From contig NC_058368.1 of the NCBI RefSeq assembly GCF_018350175.1, positions 197,720,001-197,780,000 on the forward strand: a DNA stretch of 60,000 nt, given 5' to 3'. Each line of letters starts with the position of its first letter. The stretch's first letter is position 1. Shown here piece after piece: positions 37,424 to 48,732 of the stretch. The stretch is from Felis catus. Taxonomy: Eukaryota. The translations under genes and the position numbers were made by a program. The notes under the pieces were generated by a model, which did no database searches, had not been told where the DNA came from, and was given only the letters and a program-made list of their open reading frames with translations.

Positions 37424-38828
37424 AAGAATGGATTTTCTTAAAGTGAGACTCGCCCCTAAGGTGTAATTTACTGGCATTATCACTTAGCATTTTATTTCCA
37501 AAAAGCCCTGGTAGTTAACATACTGTACCACAGCGAGAATCTTCCCAAATGTAGATCTCACCTTGTCACATGGGTCCTGGCTTGGCTTTGCATTCAGGCT
37601 TGGCCTCAGATAACAGTGTCTTCGATCCTGATATCTTTTGAATTCCTTGCAGCTTTGAACTCCCATTATACTCTCTACAGACAGAGCCTCGTTGGGCTTT
37701 GAAGTTTTTCTCATGCCCCGTATGTGTAATCTCTGAGGCTCTTGAAAAGCCTGTTAAAAGCTTGCCACTAGAATTCTCCTCCACGAGTTTGTGTTTGAAA
37801 AATACCTAACCTTCATCAGCTGTGCATCAAACACCGGCACCACCCTCCCACCCTCAAAAACAACGAGAAACAAGGCTTTTTAGGAATTGCATAGAAACTC
37901 CATTTTGAATAATTTTCTTCCTGTAAAGATGTTGTGATCCCTACCATTTTTCTGTAGCCAGCGTATTTTCACAAAGCATATGAAGCTGTCATCATCAGCG
38001 TGTTGGATATCAAGTTTGTAGACTACAAGTAAAACTTAATCACGTCTTTTTTTTTTTTTAAAGGAATGTTATTCAATCTCAAACGAGCACGTTTGAAATT
38101 TAGTGGGGAAAGCACTGGGCTTAGAATCGGAATGTGTAGGTTTAAGTCCCAGGTGCCCCACCTGATAGTTGTAGGAGCTTACGTTTCCCAGATACGCTGA
38201 GCACCGGTCCCTTCAGAAAGAAGACACCGTGATATTAGATTACGTGGTACTTGAGAAGATGAAATGAGGCAGCGTGGAAAACCTCCCTGGTGCATTGTTT
38301 GCCATATAGTAGGTGCTCGATAAAGCCACGTCAGAATCTCCCCACTTCCAAGTAGGAAGTTCTAAATGTAGGAGCGAAAGAAAGTGATTTGCAATGGAGG
38401 GATGAGGGCTGGGGTAGAGGGCATCCTGTCCAATGCTCTGCTTCGGTGGCCTCCAAAGTGTGGTCCCCAGACTGGCAGCATCAGCATCACCTAGGATCTT
38501 GTTAGAAACGTACGGGATTAGAAACTATGTGGGTGGATCCAGAAATCCAAGCCAAGCTTTGATATTCCCTGGTGACTCTGGAGCATCACTGCTCTGATGC
38601 TCTTATCATGGAACGGTTTTATATGAATTACCTTATTTAGTTTTTTTCTGGAAAAAAAAAAGGTTTTGTAAGGGAAAAAAGCATACTTAAAAAAAAAAAG
38701 CTGACTGGAAGACCTGAAAACTTACCATTAAGAACCCAAAGTCACATAAAACAAATAAGAAATAGTCCCCCAGTGTATTTGAAAATATAGGATTCCAAGT
38801 AAGCATAACACCTAGAACATATCTAGAA

Positions 38829-39214
38829 TGTGGAAAGGAACTAAGACCACGTGAATAGAACAGAGACATTCAACAGAGGCTACAGCAAGGGGGTTGGCCA
38901 TCACTACTCTCAGTCTGCAAAGACTCAAAGTCAGGCAAGAGAGTAGAAAAGCTTATAGTGAAAACAGTGGGGCTTCAGCTCTGATCGGAGGTTGTTGGCA
39001 TAGGGAAGCAAGAGGTGAACTGCAAAGAAGTGAGGGGCTCTCATGTAATGGGTTTGGGGGTCATATTTGCCTTTCGGTGGTTGGTCTTCAGGTGGAAGCA
39101 GGTAGGAGGGAAGAAAGAGAGCCATTGAGTAAGTCCCGACCTTTCTGGACTGGTTGCTGCAAATATTGGCAGTGAGAGTTTTCCTGTTACATAGGATCTG
39201 GCCATCATTTGTAC
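38829..39214 (-). mobile_element. ERV1 solo LTR (MER90/MER110-like)
   Basis: TG...CA ends; - strand start tgtacaaatgatggccagatcc...tgcagcaaccagtccag. Confidence 0.6.
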
Positions 39215-39537
39215 ATTAGGCCGTCAAGAAACCCAGGACAAAACCGCGCACGTATTTAAAGGAAATGACGTAAGCTTTGACAAGGTTACAGTTACGACGT
39301 TTCTGAAGTTATTGGTATAGAGGAAAACAGTTAACATTCCCAGGGACTCTGCTATTTCCATTTGACCTAAAAAGGCATTTAAACATTAATTTACACGAAC
39401 TATTATCAGTGCAAATATTATCTGAGCTTAAGTCTCCTGTGTGTACTCCAACTGCCGTGGATTTTGTTCATGGCAACTAATAAAGGTAATGAAGACAGTA
39501 CACACACAACATAATTAGTTGTGAAAATGATGTATGC

Positions 39538-41367
39538 TGTCAAAGGAAAAACTGCAGTGGAGAAAATTAAACAGAGAAGGATGACTTTTTCAAGGCTTTG
39601 CTATTGGGGAGAGAAACCGGGATGCAGTCTGAACTCAATTTCACTGAAGCAGAGAACAGGAGAGGTTTCCAGGAGTAGAGTGGGGGTGGGAATCATACAT
39701 AGGCCATCTGTGTTTGCTATTTGGCCTTACCCAAAGGAAACAGGGGGGAGTTTTAGAATTTGGAGCAATGTGTCCATTGGAGTTAGGCTCCTACCCTCTC
39801 ACAGAAACTGGGAGATAGGGACTCTGTCTTCCTTAATGATAACATTTCAAAGGGATGGCTACTAGGTCCGTGAGAAGGACAGTCCTGGCTGGTAAAACTG
39901 GAAAGAGGCTTTTAAAGATATTTATATCCCAAAAGGCCAGAGACACAATCTACACTTACAAGTTTTCTAAAGTAAATGCTCTAAGATCACACCTGTCAGA
40001 ACGGCTAGTATCAAAAAGACAAGAAGTAACAAGTGCTGGTGAGCTTGTGGAGAAACAAGGAACCCTTGTGTTGGTGGCAGTGGAAATTAGTGCAGCCACT
40101 ATTCAAAACAGTATGGAGGATCCTCAAAAAATTGCAAATAGAAATGCCATATGATCCAGTAACTTCACGTCTGGGTATTTATCCGAAGAAAGTTAACACA
40201 CTAATTCAAAAAGACACATGTACCTCTCTGTTTATTGCAACATTACTTACAGGAGCCAAGATACAGAAGCAACCCAAGCTCCCCAAGGATACGTGAATGG
40301 ATAAAAAAAGATGTGGGATATGTACAATGGAATATTACTCGGCCATAAAAAAGTATAAAACATTGCCATTTGTGACAACATGGATAGACCTACAAGGTAT
40401 AATGAAGTATGTCAGACAGAGCAAGACACACACCGTACGATTTCATTTGTATGCGGGATCTAAAGTACCAGACAGAGGAACAAAAAATCGCAAATCAGAA
40501 AACAGACTCAGAAGTACAGAGAATAAACTGGTAGTTGCCAGGGTCGGGGGATGGGTGAAATGAGAGAAGAGTATCAAGAGGCACAGACTTCCAGTCATGA
40601 AATAAATAAGCCACAGGGAGATAAAGTACAGCATAAGGAATATAGTCAATAATACTGTAATAAGTTCGTGTGGTAACAGGTTGAAACTACTCTTACGGTG
40701 GTGAGCATTTCGTAATGCATATAAATGTTGAATCACTGTGTGCTACCCCTAAAACTAATATAATAGTGTATGTTAACTATATTTTGATTTTAATAACTTT
40801 TTAAATGTTTATTTTTAAGAGAGAGAGAGAGAGACAGAGCGAGAGTGGGGGAGGGGCAGAGAGGGAGACACAGAATCCGAAGCAGGCTCCAGGCTCTGAG
40901 CTCTCAGCACAGAGCCCGAGACGGGGCTCAAACTCACAAACCACGAGAGCATGACCTGAGCTGAAGTCAGACGCTTTAACCGACTGAGCCACCCAGACAC
41001 CCCTCCATTTATTTATTTGCTTACTTATTTATATGCTTATTTATGTTTATTTCTGAGACAGAGACAGAGCATGAGTGGGGGAGGGGCAGAGAGCGAGGGA
41101 GACCCAGGATCTGAAGCAGGCTCCAGCCTCCAAGCCGTCAGCACAGAGCTTGACGTGGGGCTCGAACTCATGCACTATGAGAGCATGAACTGAGCTGAAG
41201 TTGGACGCTTAACCAACTGAGCCACCCAGACACCCCAAGACACCCCTCAATTAAAAAAAATAATAAAGCAAATGCTGAAAGAAAAGGGAAGCCAGAACCT
41301 AGAGTTAGGGAGAAGTCTATCTAAAGTTTAGTCAAGCCGAGCAGAAAGGTATTGACCATCGTGGTCA
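39538..41367 (-). mobile_element. ERV1 solo LTR (MER67-like) interrupted by L1 and two SINEs
   Basis: - strand start tgaccacgatggtc...gcttgactaaactttagatagac; the two halves rejoin across TSD TAAAG(T/C)AAATGCT. Confidence 0.7.
39987..41263 (+). mobile_element. L1 3' end (~39987-40795) with two antisense Can-SINEs (40797-41003, 41008-41236) in its tail
   Basis: MEYYSAIKK-type ORF2 C-terminus and 3' UTR; A-tail resumes at ~41250. Confidence 0.9.
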
Positions 41368-42190
41368 ATACCCAGTCTTTTCTCTTTATTGAGAACACCA
41401 GGAACCTTACAGTTAAGGTTATTACAATTCACACCAGAAAAACAATCCAATTTTAGTCAGGGTCTCTCTTTTAAGTCAGAGTACCTTGGCACCCTTTGTG
41501 CCGACCTTTGGCAAGAAAATAAATCCTGTCTTCTCTTCTCTCTCACCATCCAGAGGACCGTGCAGTGGTGGACAGGATGGGGGAAGGAAGCCTTGTATCG
41601 GGAGTATTTTGAACTTCCGGGCCTCCTGTGTGGATGTGCTATGTGTATTTACGTGAAACATGTCCGCCTTGTGACCGGGACTTACAAGGAATGGGACAGT
41701 TGGCACATTCCCCAGAGATCATGGATCTGGTGATGGAGCCCTCTTATCAAACAGAGTTTGATTGGAAAATTCAATACATAAAAAGAAACAGAAGAACTTC
41801 TCGAGTTGCCCTGCCTCCTTGGCTCCCCCCTCATTCCCAGAAGTGGCTCTGTGGTATTGCCGGGGAGCTATCGAGGGGACACTTCTTTTTTTCCACTGGA
41901 TGTTTTCTTCGCTCTTGGCTTCCACAATACCATACTTGCCTGAGGTTCCTCAGAAATCCCTGGGCATTTTTCTCATTCTCCTCTGCTGGGTCCTTCTTCT
42001 CTCCTGCATGACTCAGTAGTGGAGTTCATCAAGCCCCTGGCCCTCTTCTTGGGTGATTTCATCCCTCCCCTGAGATCTAAATCCCACCAAGTGCTGAAAA
42101 TCCCAAGTCTATATCTCCTTCTCAGCCATCTCTTCTGAACTCCAGACACACATATCCAATTGCCTCTTCGACACATTCACTTGAACGTCT

Positions 42191-42296
42191 TAAAAAAATT
42201 TTTCTTAAGTCATCTCTATACCCACCGTGGAGCTTGAACTCACAACCCTGAGATCAAGAGTCTCAGGCTCTTCCGAGTGAGCCAACCGCGTGTCCC
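42191..42296 (-). mobile_element. Short old Can-SINE inside L2 (~41900-43290)
   Basis: gagcttgaactcacaaccctgagatcaagagtc; diverged TSD ttca.tt.aa.gtctt. Confidence 0.75.
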
Positions 42297-43418
42297 TTCA
42301 TTTAAATGTCTTATAGGCATCTCACGCAACATGTTTTTCTCATCTCATTAAATTCCTATCTCATTACTGAGATAAGCAATTCAGAAATGTAATTTCCATT
42401 TGTTCTTATCCATCCATCGATCTGTTGTTCTTACCTATCCCTTTACTTCCCAAATACACCTTTATTCCACCCACTGCCACGACCTTACTCCAAGCCACTG
42501 CCGTCACTGACCTGAGCTTTGCAAGGGCCCCTGACAGGTTCACTGACTTTCTCTCACATTCACATCTGCAGGGCTACTTTTCTTCTTAAATCACTTCACT
42601 GCATTCTCATGTATTGTCTAATAGAACATGAACTTCTCGGCAGTGCATACAAAGCCCAAGGGATCTGGCCTCTGGCTGGTGTTCAGAGCCCCCCCCCCCC
42701 CCCCGCCAGATTCTTTATTCCTTGCTCATTCCCCTCTGATGGTAAACGCAAAATATCTTTCCTGTCCTGGGACCTTTGCATTTGCTCTCCTGGCTCCTCT
42801 AACTCATGGATCCTCTGCACATATCACAGTTCAGCTGAACATCCCCCCCGCCGTGTTCCCTGATTACCTAGCTTCCCTCTAATCCAGTTGCTCTCCATCC
42901 ACATCGTGTCAATGACCTTGATAGTTTTACTACCCCGAGTGTGATTCATGAACCACCAGCATGAGCATCACCGATGCTCTTCGTGAGCCTAGGAGTTTGT
43001 GAGAAATGCAGAGCCCCAGCCCCCACCCCAGATGAAAAGAATCAGAATTTGCATTTTAACAAGATCCCCGGTAGATGCACATGAACATTTTAAGTTTGCG
43101 AGTGTCACTTTGAGGTACTGATCGCCAATTATATTTCTTTAGCTGTGCACTTGCTTGGTTTTTTTCATCAATAGTGTGAACTCTGTGAATGTAGGGTCTC
43201 TGTCACTTTCTTTACTGCTGCATCCCCGTGCTTAGCACAATGCTTGGCATATGGGTGGCAGTCAATACATATTTGATCAACGATAGGTTTAATCTAACCT
43301 CCTTAACGGATCCATGAAGAAACTGAGGCTCAGAGAAGCTACACAGCTGTTATTAACATGGCCAGTGCAAAAAAAAAAAAAAAAAAAGAGATAAGTATTC
43401 TTGACTCCTAAGAAAGTG

Positions 43419-43420
<2 letters not shown>

Positions 43421-43461
<41 letters not shown>
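43421..43461. repeat. (TG)n microsatellite (others: (GAAA)n 2362-2385, (TAAAA)n 8679-8715, (CA)n 17750-17778 and 26150-26197, (TG)n 23210-23242, (GTGA)n 53953-53988)
   Basis: Direct reading. Confidence 0.95.
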
Positions 43462-43463
<2 letters not shown>

Positions 43464-44374
43464 AAACCTTGAAACCAACTGTTCTCGGTGATGTGACAAA
43501 CAAACCTAAAATTTCCTTAGGCTATTGTCCCTCTGCAGGCTTCTGATACTAATAACTCACAATGATTACTTACTGATATTTTCCTTTAGCATTTATCATC
43601 CTTTTTCACATACACTGACCTATGTGGAAAATTTGCCCAGAATTACTGATCCAGGTTTTCTTTTATCAAGAGCTGAGAAAATGGTACACAGAGCCAGCAA
43701 GTGTATGGTGTTTCTTTATCAATAGATCAAGAGATCACGGAAAGAAGCAAAAGAGAAGAGAAAGCAAAATTTATCACAAGAATAAGTGTCAAAGAACCAA
43801 TTGAGTGGAGTGGACTGCTCTTTGGCCCGATGAGAAGTACCTGGTAGGGGTTGACAGGGAGTGGTTGGAGGAAGTCCAAGGTAACCCAACGATCTCACGT
43901 GGATTTTGCTGAGGTGGTTCCTGATTTACCTTAATTACCACTGGACTTACATTTAGTTCAGTGGACAGTTCTGTTTAATTGGAAAAGCTCCTTCCATTGT
44001 TAAAGTGTGCTTGTCATTCAAAGTTGAGTTTAAAGCTTAGTTATTTCTGGCTCCTAATTGGTGTGCCACAAGTGAACCATAACGTTGACTTGGGAATCTC
44101 TGACCCTGATATTCCCATTTGATTTGAAATGTACATTCTCTGGTGCCAGAGGTATTCACCACATACCCTGAATCTGGTCTTTTCTCCTATAAGAGGAAAG
44201 GCAGTATAGAGGAGATGGCTCTAATGACAAGGATGTGGTTGATGGAGAATCCGTGTTCTAAGAATATGTTCAGGTCACTGTCCATAGATAAGAGAGTGAT
44301 CGAAAATGAGCCAGACCAACCTGCCTCCAACTCAGGAGCCCGATTCGGTATCCTCTCTGTGGTCATCCATATAA

Positions 44375-45145
44375 ACTTTCTTTATTGCGATAAAGTGTGC
44401 ATAACCTAAAATTTGCCATTAATATATAAAATAACCATTTTAAATGTATAACCCAGTGACAGTAAGTACATTCACGATGGTGCACAACCATCACCACTAT
44501 CCATTTCTAGAATTTTTTCCTCTTCCTAACAGCAACTCCGTACTTCTCATTCCTTGCTCCTTCGTGTCCCTGGTAACCACTATTCTGTTCTGTCTCTATG
44601 AATTTGCCTGTTCTAGGCTCTTCTTATAAGCGGAATCATACAATATTTGTCTTTCTGTCGGAATTATTTCATATTTCACTAAATATAATGTTTTCAAGGT
44701 TTATGTCCATTGTAGCATGTTTCAGACCTTCATTTCTTTTCATGGCTGATTAGTATTCCGTAGTATGTATATACCACATTTTGTTCATCCATTTATCTGT
44801 TGATGGACACTTGGGTCATTTCTACCTTTTTACTACTGTGAATAATGTTGCTGTAAACATAGGTAGAAAAGTATTTATGTCCCTGCTTTCAATTCTTTGG
44901 GCGTATATACCTGGGAATAGAATTACTGACTCCCCTGGTCATTCTATGTTTAGCCTTTTGAGAAACTTCTGAGAAAATTTATTTTGGGACACTGCTTTCC
45001 ACAGTGAAGGCACTGTTTTACAATTCCACCAGGATGCGCAAGGGTTCCGATGTCTCCACGTGGTTATCGACACGTGTTATTTTTCAGTTTTGTTTTATTT
45101 TATAATAGCCATCTTAACAGGTGTGCAGTGGTATTTTATTGACGT
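44375..45145 (-). mobile_element. L1MB-type 3' end
   Basis: acattcacgatggtgcacaaccatcaccactatccatttctagaatttt...ttgatggacacttggg. Confidence 0.85.
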
Positions 45146-45267
45146 CTAGGTATTCTTAAACATTTCCTGAGCCAAGGAGTTCAAAACAACACCAGGAAGC
45201 TGTTGAGGATCATTCTTAGTTGTTAGGAAGTTCTCCTACCCGTTACTAAATGTTACCTTTCTCTTGG

Positions 45268-45446
45268 CAGTGATTCCCAACCTTGGTTGCACATCTGAAT
45301 CCCTTGAGAGCTTTTAAAAATTCCTATATTTAGGCCACAAAGCCCAGACCAGTTAAATCCGTGTCTTCGGGATTGGAGTCCATGCATCAGCACTTTTTAA
45401 AGCTCCTTAGGTGATTTCAGTATGTAACTAAAGTTGAGAACCACTG
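45268..45446. mobile_element. MER5-like hAT MITE
   Basis: cagtgattcccaaccttggttgcacatctgaatc...aagttgagaaccactg. Confidence 0.8.
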
Positions 45447-47848
45447 CTTACAACCCGATCACTGGTCCCACTTGATTCCACAAGCCTGCAGGGCAGAAAG
45501 TGTGACAACCCTATCACAGAGCATTCTGTGACAACCCTTATTATATAGCCAGCCCTTCACCCCCTCTGGCAGTCCTGTCCTCCTGTCCCTCCTAGATTTT
45601 TTTTTTTTTTGCCATAGCGTGAATTAGAGCCTGACACTTTACATATTTTCTTGTTTAGCTATTCATCGTCTGTTCTCTGTTTGGCTTATCTGCTTCCGCA
45701 AGACGTACGACAATGCCTAATGCAGAGTAGGTGCTCAGAAAATGCTGTTGAATGAATGCGTGAATCTACTCTCATTTCAGATGGCAGTGCTTCAAGATAG
45801 TTAAAAATAGCTTTTGTGTCTTATCTCTGGGTCTTTTCTTCTCTAGGCAAAATCTTCTTTGTACCTTCAATCAGTCTTCAAAGATGTTGAAGCCTAAACC
45901 TCGCCGTTATGAATGCAGTATGTTTTTTCTTTCACTTAGTTAGCTTAACATAACTGAGCACTTCCTATGTACTACACATACCTGTACGCACATATCCTAG
46001 ATCAGACGCTGTGCTAGGTAGGATCTGGGAGTTGCAGTGAAAAAAGCGAAACAAAGTCATTGTGTGAGGAGGGGCCACAGGAATCAACAACAGAAGTCAT
46101 TTCGGATAACAAGTGGTTCACAGAAACTGCAAAATGTTTGTTGGTTGTGGCACATTCAACAGGGCCTCACTTGAATCTGAGATGTGAGTGACAAGAAGAA
46201 GCCAGCCCCGAGGAAGCATTCCAGGAGGAAGGCAGAGAGCAAGGGCAGAGGCTGTGCGGGGAGAACATGTTTCCGCAGGGCTCTCAGTCAGAGCCTCTGA
46301 GAAGAGCAAGGGGAAATCCCACTCTCACCTCCTTTGTTGGACACTTTACTTGGCCGTAACATGGCCTGAGATCAGATCAGCTTGGGGTAGCCGTATTACC
46401 CTGTGGAAGTCTTTTTCCTCCTGAATCACATCTCCCCTGTTCAATACTTGTAACCTGTCGATAGTTGGAATTTGGAGGTGGAAGGGTGGTTTAGATGAAC
46501 ATAACTTGGATTTCTTTTTAATGAACCTTAGCCACGATGACTTCAATCAGTCAACACAAACACTTGTCAGCAGAGTGAAGGAGCTTGCTGGCTCTTCAGC
46601 CACTATAATACTGGTTCCTTATTCCAGCTGACACCTTGTCTTCCATGCCAGGCCTAATGGAAAACAATTTGGGGACGAGGCCAGAGCTAGGATCTGGTGG
46701 GTTGTTGCCATCTGGGGCCAACAGCCATCTTGGTTTTCGGTCAGAGTAGCTCAGTCAAGACAGCCGTTTCTTGCTGCTTGGGACCCTGTGTTTCCAGGCT
46801 CACAGGACAAGCAGCCTCTCCTAGGCCAGACACTAATATACTTTGACAATTCAGTTCTCCACTCTGGGCCTCAGTTTCTCCGTGTTGAAATGTAGGGTTT
46901 GGCACTGAGAGTTTTGAGACCCTTTGAAACGTGATGAAAAGAGAAAATTTTATTACTACTCTATTAAAAGCGGAAACCTTTTTTCTGTAGCTTTTTAATA
47001 ACCTACGGATGTTATGCTTTTATTGATGAAGACACTTGCTTCCAAGTTAATAAAACAAAATGCCGAGTTTACGATAGGAGGGCAGGGTTCACAGGACCAA
47101 TTCAGATGCTGGAATTGACAAGAACACAAATGTGAGCTATTCAATCGGGCACCAAAAGAAATGTGATTCAGGGCAGTTGAAAGGAGTCCCTGAGCCTATT
47201 GATTGGCTGTTATCTTTCCAGTGGAGCTCACAGAATCTGAGATCAGTTTATTCAGGTCCACTTTTTGCTAGAACAGCCTTCAAGCCATGACCTCTCCCCG
47301 CAATAGCCCACTTCTCCAGGGCAGCTTCTGCATGGGCAGGGGTGGGGTCCTGGAGACAGGGTGGCCTCGTATTCATGCAGACCCTGCTTCCACTTACCGT
47401 CACTCATTCATCCAACACCAACTTTCCTTCATCCAACAACGGTGAGTGATGCGCTGAGATTGAACTGATCGGTGGATAAAACAGGCAGGCTCTCCGCCTG
47501 GTGGAGCTTACCTCCTGGCTGGGGAGGTGCGCTCGACAGGAATCAACCAAATAAGGCTTCTGAGCACAGGCTGAGTGAGGTAAGTGCTCTGAAGGAACGT
47601 CACAAGCTCTCTGGCAGAGAGTAACTGCGTAATGGCAGGGTAGTAACTTCACCTCTCTGAGCTGCCGCCTCCTCATTATGTAGGAGGTTAAGTAGGATAA
47701 TATGTAAAGTGACGAGTACAGACATTGGCATATACCAGGTGTATATAGTAAAGGTGGATTACGGCTGCTGATGGTGAAGCTACCTTCCTGAAGATAAGTG
47801 AGGAAAAAATTAATTTTCTTCCTTGTGTCTCAGAGTTTCCTTCAATTC

Positions 47849-47882
47849 TGTGTGTGTGTGTGCGTGTGTGTGTGTGTGTGTG
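47849..47882 (+). repeat. (TG)7CG(TG)9 microsatellite abutting the HTR4 exon acceptor
   Basis: Direct reading; ends 16 nt before the exon start. Confidence 0.97.
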
Positions 47883-47898
47883 CGCATGTGTCTTCCAG

Positions 47899-48024
47899 TT
47901 CCAAGGAGGGTTTTGGGTCGGTGGAGAAGGTCGTGCTGCTCACGTTTCTCTCGGCGGTTATCCTGATGGCCATCCTGGGGAACCTGCTGGTGATGGTGGC
48001 TGTGTGCAGGGACAGGCAGCTCAG
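47899..48024 (+). CDS. HTR4: 5-HT4 serotonin receptor internal coding exon (126 nt, phase 2-2; end of N-terminus, TM1, ICL1)
   Basis: Translates (S)[41 protein letters not shown](R), recognisable as 5-HT4 TM1 with the GN motif; acceptor tcttccAG 47897-47898, donor GTGAGT 48025-48030. Confidence 0.97.
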
Positions 48025-48409
48025 GTGAGTAGCAGGAGGAAACCGGGATGGAGTTCGAGGCTCTCCCTGGAGAGCTGGGGTCTGAACTATGATTCCCATT
48101 ACAATTCAAATTATGAGAGGGAAATGATGTTGGTAAAACAGAGCAGGGAAGAGATCACACGTGATTTCCCCATGATGACATAGCCGGTGTAAGCACTTAC
48201 GTGGATCTCCGTCCCGTCTTTTTTTCCCCCGTGTTCAGCTTTGGGAGGGGTTGGGGGGAGGTGTTTGGTAACAGTTGTGATCACTATAAATGTACAATTG
48301 TTGAGAGCCTATCTAGTCTGACCTCCCCACTTTATCAGTGGTTCAGAGAGGGGTGGGTGCTCAGGGACTGATCTGGATTTAGACCTGGATCTTCTGCTCT
48401 TTCCACTTC

Positions 48410-48732
48410 ATCAGTCTCAACCCAGCTGCAGTTAAAGTCACCTGAAGACCTCTTGAAAATTGCTAGTGTGTAGCATAAGTATGTCCCATGCAGTGTCTGG
48501 AACATACTTATAGTAAATAGTTATTCATTGTTTACCTGAAATTGACATTTAACTCGGAGGCCTATTGTATAACTCGGAGGTCATATTTTATCTGACAATC
48601 CTTGTGGGGGTGGGGGAGGGTTTAACCACCCAAAGTCTCTGCACTAATTGATCTGGGGAGAGACCTGGGCATCAATATTTATAAAAACTCACCCGGTGAT
48701 TCTGGTGTTGAGCCTGGATCGAGAGCCACCAG
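48410..48732. mobile_element. MER5-like MITE with nested MER53 fragment (~48465-48602)
   Basis: MER53 core ataagtatgtcccatgca...acatacttata and end tttatctgacaatcct; MER5 halves on both sides. Confidence 0.7.

Larger units (their letters stand above)
14210..41742 (-). other. Candidate nested antisense multi-exon unit (decayed gene, small-protein gene or lncRNA); putative exons 41742-41686, 37750-37562, 33325-32950, 32220-31771, 26474-26427, 21818-21763, 18335-18260, 14617-14343(stop), AATAAA 14215-14210
   Basis: Repeat-free islands bounded by pyrimidine-AG acceptors and GT donors (GTAAGT x3, GTGAGA, GTAGTC, GTGAAG, weak GTTGAT); intron phases are compatible once a 19-bp duplication is discounted; assembled by eye. 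Confidence 0.35.
1..47898 (+). other. HTR4: Large HTR4 intron between the start-codon exon (MDKLDANVS, upstream of window) and the TM1 exon
   Basis: No ATGGACAAACTTGATGCTAATGTGAG|GT-like exon found in the window; repeat-rich non-coding sequence. Confidence 0.8.

Noticed and set aside
47798..47898. N-terminal extension MRKKLIFF...CVCVCVC in the 76-aa ORF
   Set aside because: Intronic read-through of the TG repeat upstream of the true acceptor
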